A DNA stretch of 64,000 nucleotides from Candidatus Latescibacterota bacterium. GTDB lineage: Bacteria > Latescibacterota > UBA2968 > UBA8231. Position 1 is the stretch's first letter. Each line of letters starts with the position of its first letter. Below, piece after piece: positions 10,141-19,101 of this stretch. The notes under the pieces were generated by a model that was not told the DNA's origin, did no database searches, and saw only the letters and a program-made list of their open reading frames with translations. The position numbers and the translations under genes were made by a program. The stretch covers positions 448,001-512,000 of the forward strand of contig CBDAOB010000004.1 in NCBI GenBank assembly GCA_965197905.1. The letters are read 5' to 3'.

Positions 10141-10177
10141 TGCACAAAAAGATAGTATTCATTTGTGCAGTTGTCAA
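10141..10177 (-). promoter_or_regulatory. recA sigma70 promoter with overlapping palindromic operator
   Basis: TTGACA-N17-TATCTT on the minus strand, overlapped by TGCACAAA-N13-TTTGTGCA (10141-10169). Confidence 0.6.
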
Positions 10178-10343
10178 GCGCAAAAGCGCAGCCTCAGCCC
10201 CCCGTATCAACAATTGTGCCGATTGTCGACTCTCACGTAACGCGCTGATTATACGCAATTTGAGTAAATGGGGAGACTGCGGTCGTGGGTGGGGATAGAG
10301 GCAGCCGTGTGTAGCGTAGGAAACAATGAGGGCGGAACCGGAG

Positions 10344-11216
10344 TCAGGCCCGATTGGCAACGACTACCCTGGGCGTCTCCGTGAGGTCGTCGAAGCAGAC
10401 GATATGGGCGAGTCGACCGCTGTTGCCGAGGATCTCCATCACAGGCTGCGACTGGTCATCGCCCACTTCGAGCACGAGGCTCCCGTGAGGTGCCAGGAAC
10501 TGAGGGGCGTCGACCGCTAGCCGCCGGTAGAAATTCAACCCGTCCTCACCGCCATCGAGAGCCAATCTGGGTTCGAACTCCCTGACTTCGGGGGGCAGGG
10601 CGGGCATCTCCGGCGATGCCACGTATGGCGGATTGCTGACGATCAGGTCGAACGAAGCGAGGGTGTTTCCGTTCAGACAGGCAAACAGGTCCCCGGCGAC
10701 CGTCCGCAACCGCTCCCCAACCTGGCTCTGGTCCGCGTTGACGCGGGTCACGCGGAGCGCCCCGAGGGAAATATCGACGGCCAGCACCTGCGCAGGCGGA
10801 TGTTCGAAGGCAACCGAAATCCCCACGGCACCGGAGCCGCAGCCCATGTCCAGAACCTTCGGTGAGTCGCGAGACTCCAGCTGTCGCAGCCCCACGTCCA
10901 CGAGAACCTCCGTCTCGGGACGCGGTATCAGCACCGCTTCGTCCACCTGCAGTTCCAGATGTCGGAACGCGGCTTTCCCTGTAATGTATTGAACCGGCGT
11001 GCCGTCCAGCCGCTGCTTTACGGACTGACGGTAACAGCCCACTTCGCTGTCGCTTAGGGTGCGTTCGAAGTGGAGGTAGAGGTCGAGGCGGCCCATCTCC
11101 AACACCGCTGCAAGCAGGATTTCGGCCTGCAGGCGAGGGTTTTCTAACCCCTTGGATACAAAAAAGCTGCTCGTTTGGTCGAGAATCTCGAGCAGCTTCC
11201 AGGTTCGCCTCTCCAT
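10344..11216 (-). CDS. prmC: Release factor glutamine methyltransferase
   Basis: VLIPRPETE, DMGCGSG, SNPPY and EPRLALDGGEDGL motifs. Follows prfA. Confidence 0.95.
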   Translation of the reverse strand: MERRTWKLLEILDQTSSFFVSKGLENPRLQAEILLAAVLEMGRLDLYLHFERTLSDSEVGCYRQSVKQRLDGTPVQYITGKAAFRHLELQVDEAVLIPRPETEVLVDVGLRQLESRDSPKVLDMGCGSGAVGISVAFEHPPAQVLAVDISLGALRVTRVNADQSQVGERLRTVAGDLFACLNGNTLASFDLIVSNPPYVASPEMPALPPEVREFEPRLALDGGEDGLNFYRRLAVDAPQFLAPHGSLVLEVGDDQSQPVMEILGNSGRLAHIVCFDDLTETPRVVVANRA

Positions 11217-11277
11217 TGTTGCTTAGTGGTGGTGCCGCGGCGGTTCCATCGATTCGACGCGGGACCTCCCTACCGGG

Positions 11278-12369
11278 CTACGGTTGGCCCCCAACGTCGC
11301 TTGTCGACAGCGCTTCCTCTTGGGCAACCAGAGCCAACTGCTGGATGAATTCGTCCAGGTTCCCGTGCAGAACCTCGTCCAAACGGAAAAGGGACAGATT
11401 GATGCGGTGGTCAGTTACCCGACCCTGCGGAAAATTGTAGGTGCGGATCTTGGCGCTACGATCGCCGGAACCGATCTGCAGCCGGCGGTCTGCCGAAATC
11501 CGTTCTTGCTGCTCCATTCGGTACCGATCCAGAAGACGCGCCCGCAGAATCTTCAACGCTTTGTTCTTGTTCTTGAGCTGAGACTTCTCGTCCTGGCAGG
11601 AAACCACCAATCCGGTTGGAATGTGGGTTATTCGCACCGCTGAATCGGTGGTGTTGACGCTTTGTCCACCGGGTCCGCTGGATCGGTATACGTCGATTTC
11701 CAGCTCCTCCGGAGCAATTTCCACCTCCACGTCTTCGGCTTCGGGCAGCACCGCCACTGAGGCCGCTGAGGTGTGAATTCGCCCGCTCGCTTCGGTCTTG
11801 GGCACCCGCTGTACCCGGTGCACTCCGCTTTCGAATTTCAGCTGGCCAAATGCCTGAGCTCCCGAAACCAGGAAGACGGTTTCCTTGAAACCGCCGGCCG
11901 GATTCGAACTGGAAGAGAGGGTCTCTACCTTCCACTTCTTGCGTTCCGCCAGGTAGGAATACATACGGTAGAGATCGGTAGCGAATAAGCCTGCTTCATC
12001 ACCACCCGTACCGGCGCGTATTTCCACGATCGCGTTGCGATCGTCGTTGGGGTCCTTGGGAATAAGGTGCAGTCTGATTTCGTCATCCAGTCGCTTCACC
12101 TCCTCCGAGAGTTCTTCCTTCTCGGCGTGCGCGAGCTCCACGAGTTCCGCGTCCTCCCCGTCGCGAAGGATTTCCTCAGCCTCCAGCAGACGCTGTTTCA
12201 CGTCACGATACGACTCGGCCAGCTGCACGATGGCGCCAAGCTCTCCCAACTCCTTGGCCAGGCGCTGGTAGTTCGCCGAATTCTGACTGGCGGTCGGGTC
12301 AGCCAGCTGGAGGCTCAACTCTTCGTACCGCTGCTCACAATCCTGGAGTTTTTCTAAAACCGTTGCCAT
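11278..12369 (-). CDS. prfA: Peptide chain release factor 1
   Basis: GGQ motif, PKT anticodon-mimic, EIRAGTGGDEA and RTYNFPQ. Confidence 0.97.
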   Translation of the reverse strand: MATVLEKLQDCEQRYEELSLQLADPTASQNSANYQRLAKELGELGAIVQLAESYRDVKQRLLEAEEILRDGEDAELVELAHAEKEELSEEVKRLDDEIRLHLIPKDPNDDRNAIVEIRAGTGGDEAGLFATDLYRMYSYLAERKKWKVETLSSSSNPAGGFKETVFLVSGAQAFGQLKFESGVHRVQRVPKTEASGRIHTSAASVAVLPEAEDVEVEIAPEELEIDVYRSSGPGGQSVNTTDSAVRITHIPTGLVVSCQDEKSQLKNKNKALKILRARLLDRYRMEQQERISADRRLQIGSGDRSAKIRTYNFPQGRVTDHRINLSLFRLDEVLHGNLDEFIQQLALVAQEEALSTSDVGGQP

Positions 12370-12481
12370 GACCGTTCACCCTACGCGGCAATCCATCGGC
12401 TGATACAAGCATGTACACGAAAAAGGCGATAAAACTCCCCGTGCGGGGCGTTCTACCACCTGAAATCCGAATTCGACCTAG

Positions 12482-12775
12482 CTAAGCTTCGGTTGCTTCT
12501 TCGACGGGCGCCGCTTCGGCAGGAGTCGCTCCTTCAGCAGCGGCGTCTTCCGTCGCAGGAGTCGACGTTTCGCCCTGGATGTTGTACCTCTTGTTGAACT
12601 GCTCTACGCGTCCCCCGCGATCCAGCAGGCTCTGGCGTTTTCCGGTGTAAAATGGGTGGCAGGCCGAGCACACTTCCACGTGCAGGTCGGGCACGGTGGA
12701 CCGGGTCTGTACGACGTTTCCGCAGACGCAGGAAATAGTCGTCTCGACGTATTCGGGATGAATTCCGTCTCGCAC
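12482..12775 (-). CDS. rpmE: 50S ribosomal protein L31 (Zn-binding type)
   Basis: IHPEY, CVC...[10 protein letters not shown] and GRVEQF motifs. GTG start. Confidence 0.96.
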   Translation of the reverse strand: MRDGIHPEYVETTISCVCGNVVQTRSTVPDLHVEVCSACHPFYTGKRQSLLDRGGRVEQFNKRYNIQGETSTPATEDAAAEGATPAEAAPVEEATEA

Positions 12776-12865
12776 TGTTTGATCCTATTGAGTTTTGGCT
12801 TCGCTGCTGCTCAATGAATTTCGATCGATATAAAATAGAGGACACGATCAGGCCGGGCAAGAGCG

Positions 12866-14140
12866 CTACTCGTTCATGGCTTTGAGGAATTTCTCGTTGG
12901 TTTTGGAGTTCTGCATGCGCTCGAGGAGAAACTCCATACCCTCTATTATGCCCATCTGATTCAGAATGCGGCGCAGTACGAAGGAGCGAGTCAGCTCGAA
13001 CTCGGAGAGCAGCAGTTCCTCTTTGCGAGTGCTCGTAGAGGTCACATCGATCGCAGGATAGGTTCGTCGATTGCTGAGCTTGCGATCGAGCTTCACTTCC
13101 ATATTGCCGGTGCCCTTGAACTCCTCGAATATGACCTCATCCATGCGACTCCCTGTATCAACTAGCGCTGTGGATATGATCGTCAGGCTGCCGCCCTCCT
13201 CGACGTTGCGGGCGGCGGCGAAGAACTTGCGCGGCCATTGAAGTGCCGTTGAGTCGACCCCACCGGTGAGGATGCGCCCGCTGTGGGGCGTCACCGTATT
13301 GTAGGCGCGAGCGAGACGGGTCATGCTGTCCAGCAGTATGACCACGTCCCTTTGGTGCTCCACCAATCGCTTCGCCTTCTCGATGACCATTTCGGCAACC
13401 TGGACATGGCGTGTAGCCGGCTCGTCGAAAGTCGAGCTCACCACTTCGCCGTCCACCGATCGCAGCATGTCGGTCACTTCCTCGGGACGCTCGTCGATCA
13501 GCAGCACGATCAGGACTACTTCCTTATGGTTTCGGGTAATGCTGTTGGCGATCTTCTGCAGCAGCATCGTCTTGCCGGTAAACGGAGGCGCCACGATCAA
13601 CCCCCTCTGTCCCTTGCCAATGGGTGCAAGGAGATCGATGATTCGCGTGGTCATTTCCTTGGGATCGAACTCCAACTGAAATCGATCTTCCGGATGGAGC
13701 GCCGTCAGGTTTTCGAAAATCGCCTTGCTTTTCGTGACCTCCGGATCCTCGAAATTGATCGCCTCGACGCGCAATAACGCAAAGTATTTTTCGTCGTTCT
13801 TGGGGGGACGTATCTGGCCGGAGATCGTATCGCCCGTGCGCAGGCTAAAGCGCTTGATCTGCGAGTGCGAAACGTAGATGTCGTCGGGGCCCGGCAGGTA
13901 GTTGTAGCTCGGTGAGCGCAGGAAACCAAATCCCTCGTCGAGGACCTCCAAAACACCCTGGGCGAAAATCAATCCGCTGCGCTCGGTCTGGTGTTTGAGA
14001 ATAGCGAAGATGAGCTCCTGCTTGCGCATCGCCGCGTAATCCGAGACCTCCAGGTCTCGCGCGACCTCCTGCAGATCCATGATGTTCATGCGCTGGAGCT
14101 CGACGATGTTCATTTTTTGAGTCCTAGTAGCGGTAGCCAT
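12866..14140 (-). CDS. rho: Transcription termination factor Rho
   Basis: [28 protein letters not shown] and [10 protein letters not shown] motifs. Confidence 0.98.
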   Translation of the reverse strand: MATATRTQKMNIVELQRMNIMDLQEVARDLEVSDYAAMRKQELIFAILKHQTERSGLIFAQGVLEVLDEGFGFLRSPSYNYLPGPDDIYVSHSQIKRFSLRTGDTISGQIRPPKNDEKYFALLRVEAINFEDPEVTKSKAIFENLTALHPEDRFQLEFDPKEMTTRIIDLLAPIGKGQRGLIVAPPFTGKTMLLQKIANSITRNHKEVVLIVLLIDERPEEVTDMLRSVDGEVVSSTFDEPATRHVQVAEMVIEKAKRLVEHQRDVVILLDSMTRLARAYNTVTPHSGRILTGGVDSTALQWPRKFFAAARNVEEGGSLTIISTALVDTGSRMDEVIFEEFKGTGNMEVKLDRKLSNRRTYPAIDVTSTSTRKEELLLSEFELTRSFVLRRILNQMGIIEGMEFLLERMQNSKTNEKFLKAMNE

Positions 14141-14505
14141 TCATCTCCTTGTCCAGCACGTTGGTTAATCGCTTCGGCCAGCCGCATACTGTTTCTCAGT
14201 GCGGGCACGGCCAGAATTCAGTTTTTCGAGTGAAGCGCTCAGAATTGCAGTTGGCGCGCACGAAGATGCGACGCACACACTGCGTATCCACAAAGTCGGT
14301 CTGTTTTTTGAGTTTACGAAGCGTTGGGGTGCAGGAGGCCTTTCAATATGCAGGATTTATCGAATGTGCAATGGTACGAGGGTTTCGAGTGCATCAGGCT
14401 CGGCACTCTTGGTGTTAGCTATTTTTAGTGGAATCGAAAAACGCGAGGCACGATTAACCTATCCAAGAAAAGCCCGTTTGTCAAGACCCTTTTCCCGACT
14501 GATTT

Positions 14506-15247
14506 CTACTCCTCAAGTCCGGTCGGTTCCTCGAAGTTAGCCACGGTGCGGCCGAAATGATCAGCAAAGATAAAGAAATCCGCGAAATCGATCCGCTGGT
14601 TGCCGTTCAGATCGAAGCGGGGGTCGTAGGTGAGCTCCCCTTCAATGCGCCCGAAGTGATCGGCAAACAGAAAGAAATCGTTGAAGCCGACGGTGTCGTC
14701 GGTTGGATCAAACCAGCCGACCACCGCCTCACCCGCTGCATCTATGGGTTGGAAATCGTTATTCTCAGCGCGGGCGGTTCGGGCGATATCTGCTTCGGTC
14801 GCCGGTTCGATCTCTGGCGCCGTTTCGTGGTTAGAATCGAAGGATCTGACTTCGTAAACATAAAGCTCGTTGGTTTCGGCCGACGAATCGGCAAAGGTGT
14901 TGGTTCCGGCATCGACCTCGCCCACCTGCACAAACACACCCTCCTTGGTGCGGCGATATATTCGGTAACCAGCAACGCCCGCACGGGTGGCAATGGCTCC
15001 GTATGTGCTGAGATCGCCACTGATGGCTAGCCCACCTGCGAATGCTCTTGTCGTCCAGTGATAGATTCCAGATGAGCTGAATCCGGCCGCCGGCGTCGTC
15101 GGGAACATCAGAGGCTTGTATGTTGGTCGGCGGCTGAGGCGGCAGTTCATCCGAACCTGCGGCTGGCTCGGAGCCCACGAGCGCGGCAAGGCGGATGGCG
15201 CCGAAGACGAGGAGGAGCCACGCGAGACCGCAAACAGAAATCCCCAC
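14506..15247 (-). pseudogene. Secreted FN3 + dockerin/EF-hand-like protein, frameshifted near 15045
   Basis: Signal peptide and PPQPPTNIQASD...WNLSLDD in one frame; GYRIYRR...YVYEVRSFD and two DFFxFADHFG motifs in another. Collinear with the upstream paralog. Start codon uncertain. Confidence 0.7.
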
Positions 15248-15290
15248 CCGTTTAGGGCGGGGATTCCTTACTCTGCGTCTGAACCGGGTA

Positions 15291-16355
15291 TCAGAGACCT
15301 TCGCTCGTGCGCACTTCGTCGGCATTGGCTACCGTCTTGCCGAAGTCGTCAGCGAAAACGAAGAAATCGTCGAAATCGATCCTGTCGTTGGGCGAGATAT
15401 CGAATCGCGCGTCGTAGGTTTCATCACTGGCGTCTTCACCAAAGTGATCGGCGAAGGCGAAAAAGTCGTCGAATGTAACTGAACTACCCTGGCGCGTGAA
15501 CCAACCCAGGATAATCACCCCGTCCTCATCGACCGGAGGAACCTTGACGACGACTTCGGTCGTCGAGTCATCTACAAACTCCTGGACGGTTCCCAGGTCG
15601 GCGAGCACCTCCGGGTCGTCCGTCGTCAGCGTCTGCAGCTGAGTCAATGCTGCCTCGGCGGCCGGCTCGTCTTCGATTCCCTCAACGTCCAGAATCTCGA
15701 AACTTACGATTATGCTACCGGCGGAGATATCGGTTACTACGATTCGGCTCGGATCGATACCCAGAAGCTCTGCCACGAAAGTGATGAAGTCCGTCGTGAA
15801 GGCATCAACGGCCGCCTCGTCCTCCACGTCCAGTTCGACATCGAAGGTCAGGGTGGCCGCGACCGTGGTTACTATGGTGGCCTGACCGCCCCCACCAGCT
15901 CTGATGATGCGAGCTAGATCGTCTGAAGTGCCAGGTTCGACCACGAAATCGGTTTCGTTGTCCTGGTCGAACGGCCGCACCGAATAGATGTAGGTAATGC
16001 CATCCTCCACGGATGCATCCACGAAGTCGGCCGTGCCCGGTGCGACCTCAGCGAGCAGCTCGTCTTCGCCCTCGCCCGCCTTCCTATAGATGTTGTAGCC
16101 GCGGACACCGCCTCTGGGTACCACCGAATCACCAAATCTGGTGAACGAGACCGCGTCGTCTATCGAGGTAGACCAGGAAAGAGTAATGCTCGATCCCTCT
16201 TCACCAGGCGTATCCGCGGCGACGAGGTTGGTAATGGGCGCGGGTGGGATATTGTCGATGGCTGCCGCTGCACCGGAGGTGGTCAGCTGAGCACTGGCGG
16301 TCCCGGCAACGACGATCGCCAGGCCCAGCGCTTTTAAGGTAATAGCCGGCTTCAT
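15291..16355 (-). CDS. Secreted acidic FN3 + SEA-like + dockerin/EF-hand-like protein
   Basis: Signal peptide ending ASA-Q. FN3 (LSWS...YNIYR...YIYSVR). IDPSRIVVTDISAGSIIVSFEI. Two FDDFFxFAD motifs. AGGAAGGA RBS. Confidence 0.8.
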   Translation of the reverse strand: MKPAITLKALGLAIVVAGTASAQLTTSGAAAAIDNIPPAPITNLVAADTPGEEGSSITLSWSTSIDDAVSFTRFGDSVVPRGGVRGYNIYRKAGEGEDELLAEVAPGTADFVDASVEDGITYIYSVRPFDQDNETDFVVEPGTSDDLARIIRAGGGGQATIVTTVAATLTFDVELDVEDEAAVDAFTTDFITFVAELLGIDPSRIVVTDISAGSIIVSFEILDVEGIEDEPAAEAALTQLQTLTTDDPEVLADLGTVQEFVDDSTTEVVVKVPPVDEDGVIILGWFTRQGSSVTFDDFFAFADHFGEDASDETYDARFDISPNDRIDFDDFFVFADDFGKTVANADEVRTSEGL

Positions 16356-16473
16356 ATGGTCCTTCCTCCTACTTGGAGCTGCTGTGGGTAAAGTGACCCA
16401 ACTTTACGGCGGACTTTAATTTACGCGAGCGCATGTAGAAGGTCAAGCGGTTTTTGGCAGGATGTGGGGGCAC

Positions 16474-16506
16474 AAAAAAAAGCGCGACACCCGAAAGGTG
16501 TCGCGC
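16474..16506 (-). terminator. Intrinsic terminator
   Basis: Perfect 10-bp stem GCGCGACACC/GGTGTCGCGC followed by T8 on the minus strand. Confidence 0.85.
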
Positions 16507-16527
16507 CCCAATCCGAACTGAAACAGA

Positions 16528-18582
16528 CTACTGACCCAGTACCGCGTAGGTGCCGGCCTTGTTGAAGTTGTCGACAAATACGAAGAAGTCATCGAGGTTG
16601 ATGACATCCAGGGAACCTTCGTCCTGATTGATATCGAAGCTCGCAATCCACTCCGTATCGGAAGAGGTGGTGTTAAACTGGTCGGCGAAAGCGAAGAAAT
16701 CGTCAAAATCGACCTTGCCCGCTGAATCGCCAGTGGTGATGAAATCGCCCAGAATCTGATTTCCGTCGTCGTCAACCAGTACCTCGACATCGGAGGGCGA
16801 GATGCCAACGCCGCTCAGGGCGACTGTCACAGAGGGATTCGCTGCATCATTGCTGGTGACTGTGATTGTTCCGGTAGCTTCACCAACGGCTGTCGGCGAG
16901 AACACTACGGCAACCTCCTCCTCGTCACCGCCCGCAATCGTGGATGCCGTAAGAATCTGACCGCGAATTTCGCCGCCAGCGTTGGCATCCGTATGAATGT
17001 TGACGTAATAGAGCCCGGCCCTCAAATCTGCCACCTGATCGGCAGTCATGTCGACCCAGGTCCCCTCGATCGTGATTTCATCTTCGCCCTCGGTAATCTC
17101 ACTCTCGTCAAATCCACGGACGACACCAGCCGAAACACCCGCTGCGCCAGGACCATGAATGTGTGCAGCGGAGAACCCGGTGAGTCCAGTGATGGTGACC
17201 GAGAACGTTAGCTCTGTTCCGGCGGAGTTCAAGGAAAAAGAACCGTCACCTGAAGCGTCTGTGTCCGTCACGCTGGCTTGCTCCCCATCGAGGGTGGCGG
17301 CGAATGTGCCGATGGAAAAGGCGGCATCGCCGGTCAACGCGAGGGTCACATCGAGATCCAGATCGCCGGTATTGCGGACGGTCAGCGAAATCGTACGGGA
17401 CGTCCCGGTAGTAACGTTGGCGAAACTCAAGCTCTCGCTGCTCAAATCGATCTCCGCCGGTCCGAGGCCGTCAGAAATGCCGGCGCTCAGGTCGATCAGG
17501 GTCGTGCGATTATTCGGATCGTTGGTATTGAGTGTCAACAGACCGGGGTAGTCGCCAGTCAAATTGCCTACATCGGCAGCGACAAAGAAGACATCGATAT
17601 CACCGGATTCCCCCACGGCGAGGCTCAGCGAGGTCACCGAGGTAGAGTAGCCGTCGCCGTCTACACTGGGAGAAACCGTCAGGAGTGCGTCCGGATCGTC
17701 AGCGCTGTTGGTAAAGCTGAAAGTGCCCGTGACGATCTCATCAATACTCACATCACCGAAATCAAGGGCGCCGGTGGTCGTGCTTGAAAGGCTCGGCGCG
17801 CCTCCAACGTCCACAAAAGCCTCCGGAGTCTCTTCCGCTACCAGATCGATCTCGGAGACGACGTCGAGGGCCGGGTCCGTAGCATCTTCGGTCACATCGA
17901 AAGTGATCACGATACTGCCCGAACCAACCGCGATGTTCGTTATACGACTGGTGTCGATGCCCTGAGCTTCGAGGGCCGCGAGAAAGTCGGCGATGATCTG
18001 ATCGACGGCGGCGGTGTCGGTTATGTCAACATCGCCGGTGAAGGTCATGGTTACCTCGACGATCGTCGCTACATCTTCCGGCGTCTCTACCTCCGCGGTG
18101 GGCGGGGGGCCCAGATTGATCGCATCGCTCTCGGTCTGCGCGCTCTCGTTGCCAGAGGCATCAGCCGCAGCGACGGCGTAGACGTAGGTGAATCCGGCTT
18201 CGACCGTATCATCGACGTATGAGGTCGCACCATTATCGACGGAGGCCAGAAGGGTCAACTCACCGTCGAGCTCACCGCGATAGATGTTGTACGCAGCGAC
18301 ATCATTGACATTCACATACGTACCGCCAGAGGTGAAATCCCCACTGACGGCGGCCTGTCGTCTGAAGTCTTCGGCGGCAATCGACCACGTAATCGTAGCG
18401 CTAGGACCGCCAAGATCCACCTCAACCGCCAGATCCGAAACAGGACCCGGAGCCAGATCGTCTAGTCCACCGGCACTCCCTGAAACGGTAAGTGCCGCCT
18501 GCACCGGACCCACTGTCATCGCCACAGCACCCAGGGCCAGTAGCGTGATACTCAAAAAACCAGCGATTTTGCCTCTCGACAT
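16528..18582 (-). CDS. Large secreted acidic surface protein: FN3, SEA-like, two ASH/choice-of-anchor-D-like domains, CHRD, dockerin-like C-terminus
   Basis: Signal peptide. YNIYRG...YVYAVAA (FN3). LDFGDV...TNDP and LSFANV...NTG...SND (ASH-like). AAHIHG...GLYYVNIHT...GEIRGQI (CHRD). DFDDFFAFADQF. GGAGGAGG RBS. Confidence 0.8.
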   Translation of the reverse strand: MSRGKIAGFLSITLLALGAVAMTVGPVQAALTVSGSAGGLDDLAPGPVSDLAVEVDLGGPSATITWSIAAEDFRRQAAVSGDFTSGGTYVNVNDVAAYNIYRGELDGELTLLASVDNGATSYVDDTVEAGFTYVYAVAAADASGNESAQTESDAINLGPPPTAEVETPEDVATIVEVTMTFTGDVDITDTAAVDQIIADFLAALEAQGIDTSRITNIAVGSGSIVITFDVTEDATDPALDVVSEIDLVAEETPEAFVDVGGAPSLSSTTTGALDFGDVSIDEIVTGTFSFTNSADDPDALLTVSPSVDGDGYSTSVTSLSLAVGESGDIDVFFVAADVGNLTGDYPGLLTLNTNDPNNRTTLIDLSAGISDGLGPAEIDLSSESLSFANVTTGTSRTISLTVRNTGDLDLDVTLALTGDAAFSIGTFAATLDGEQASVTDTDASGDGSFSLNSAGTELTFSVTITGLTGFSAAHIHGPGAAGVSAGVVRGFDESEITEGEDEITIEGTWVDMTADQVADLRAGLYYVNIHTDANAGGEIRGQILTASTIAGGDEEEVAVVFSPTAVGEATGTITVTSNDAANPSVTVALSGVGISPSDVEVLVDDDGNQILGDFITTGDSAGKVDFDDFFAFADQFNTTSSDTEWIASFDINQDEGSLDVINLDDFFVFVDNFNKAGTYAVLGQ

Positions 18583-19101
18583 GTTATGTTCCTCCTCCGA
18601 GGTTCGTAGAAGCCAGCCTCGTAGATTTGATAGGCAACAATAGGGGTAAATCTAATAAAATACAGAGATATCCCTTACATTATACAACTTAGCTGAGGTA
18701 AATTTATAGCTTTGTAGATTCAAGTCAAGCAATTTCTTCAGATGCATAAATGTGCAGCAATTTGGACGTTCGAATCCATGAAAATCGAGCAAATGGGAGA
18801 ACACCGACACTTACCATCCGGAAACGACAAGACCTATGCAAGTGGTTCGAATGCTTACAAGTACTTGATTTAGATGAGCTTGTCAATCTCGTGGGCGCCC
18901 GGTTTCGACATCCGTACTCGACGTTGAGTCGCCGGAGGGCCCAATTTTCGCCCATGATTCAATCTAAAGCCGAAAGGGCACGGCGGATGTGATCAAACGC
19001 ACCAGATGAGCGCACCAGGGTCGTGCGGCATCTTGACCCTCATACAGCCCAGAAATAGGTTGTCTTTTTCTCCTGTCCCGTCAAGCCATTCTCATATCGA
19101 C

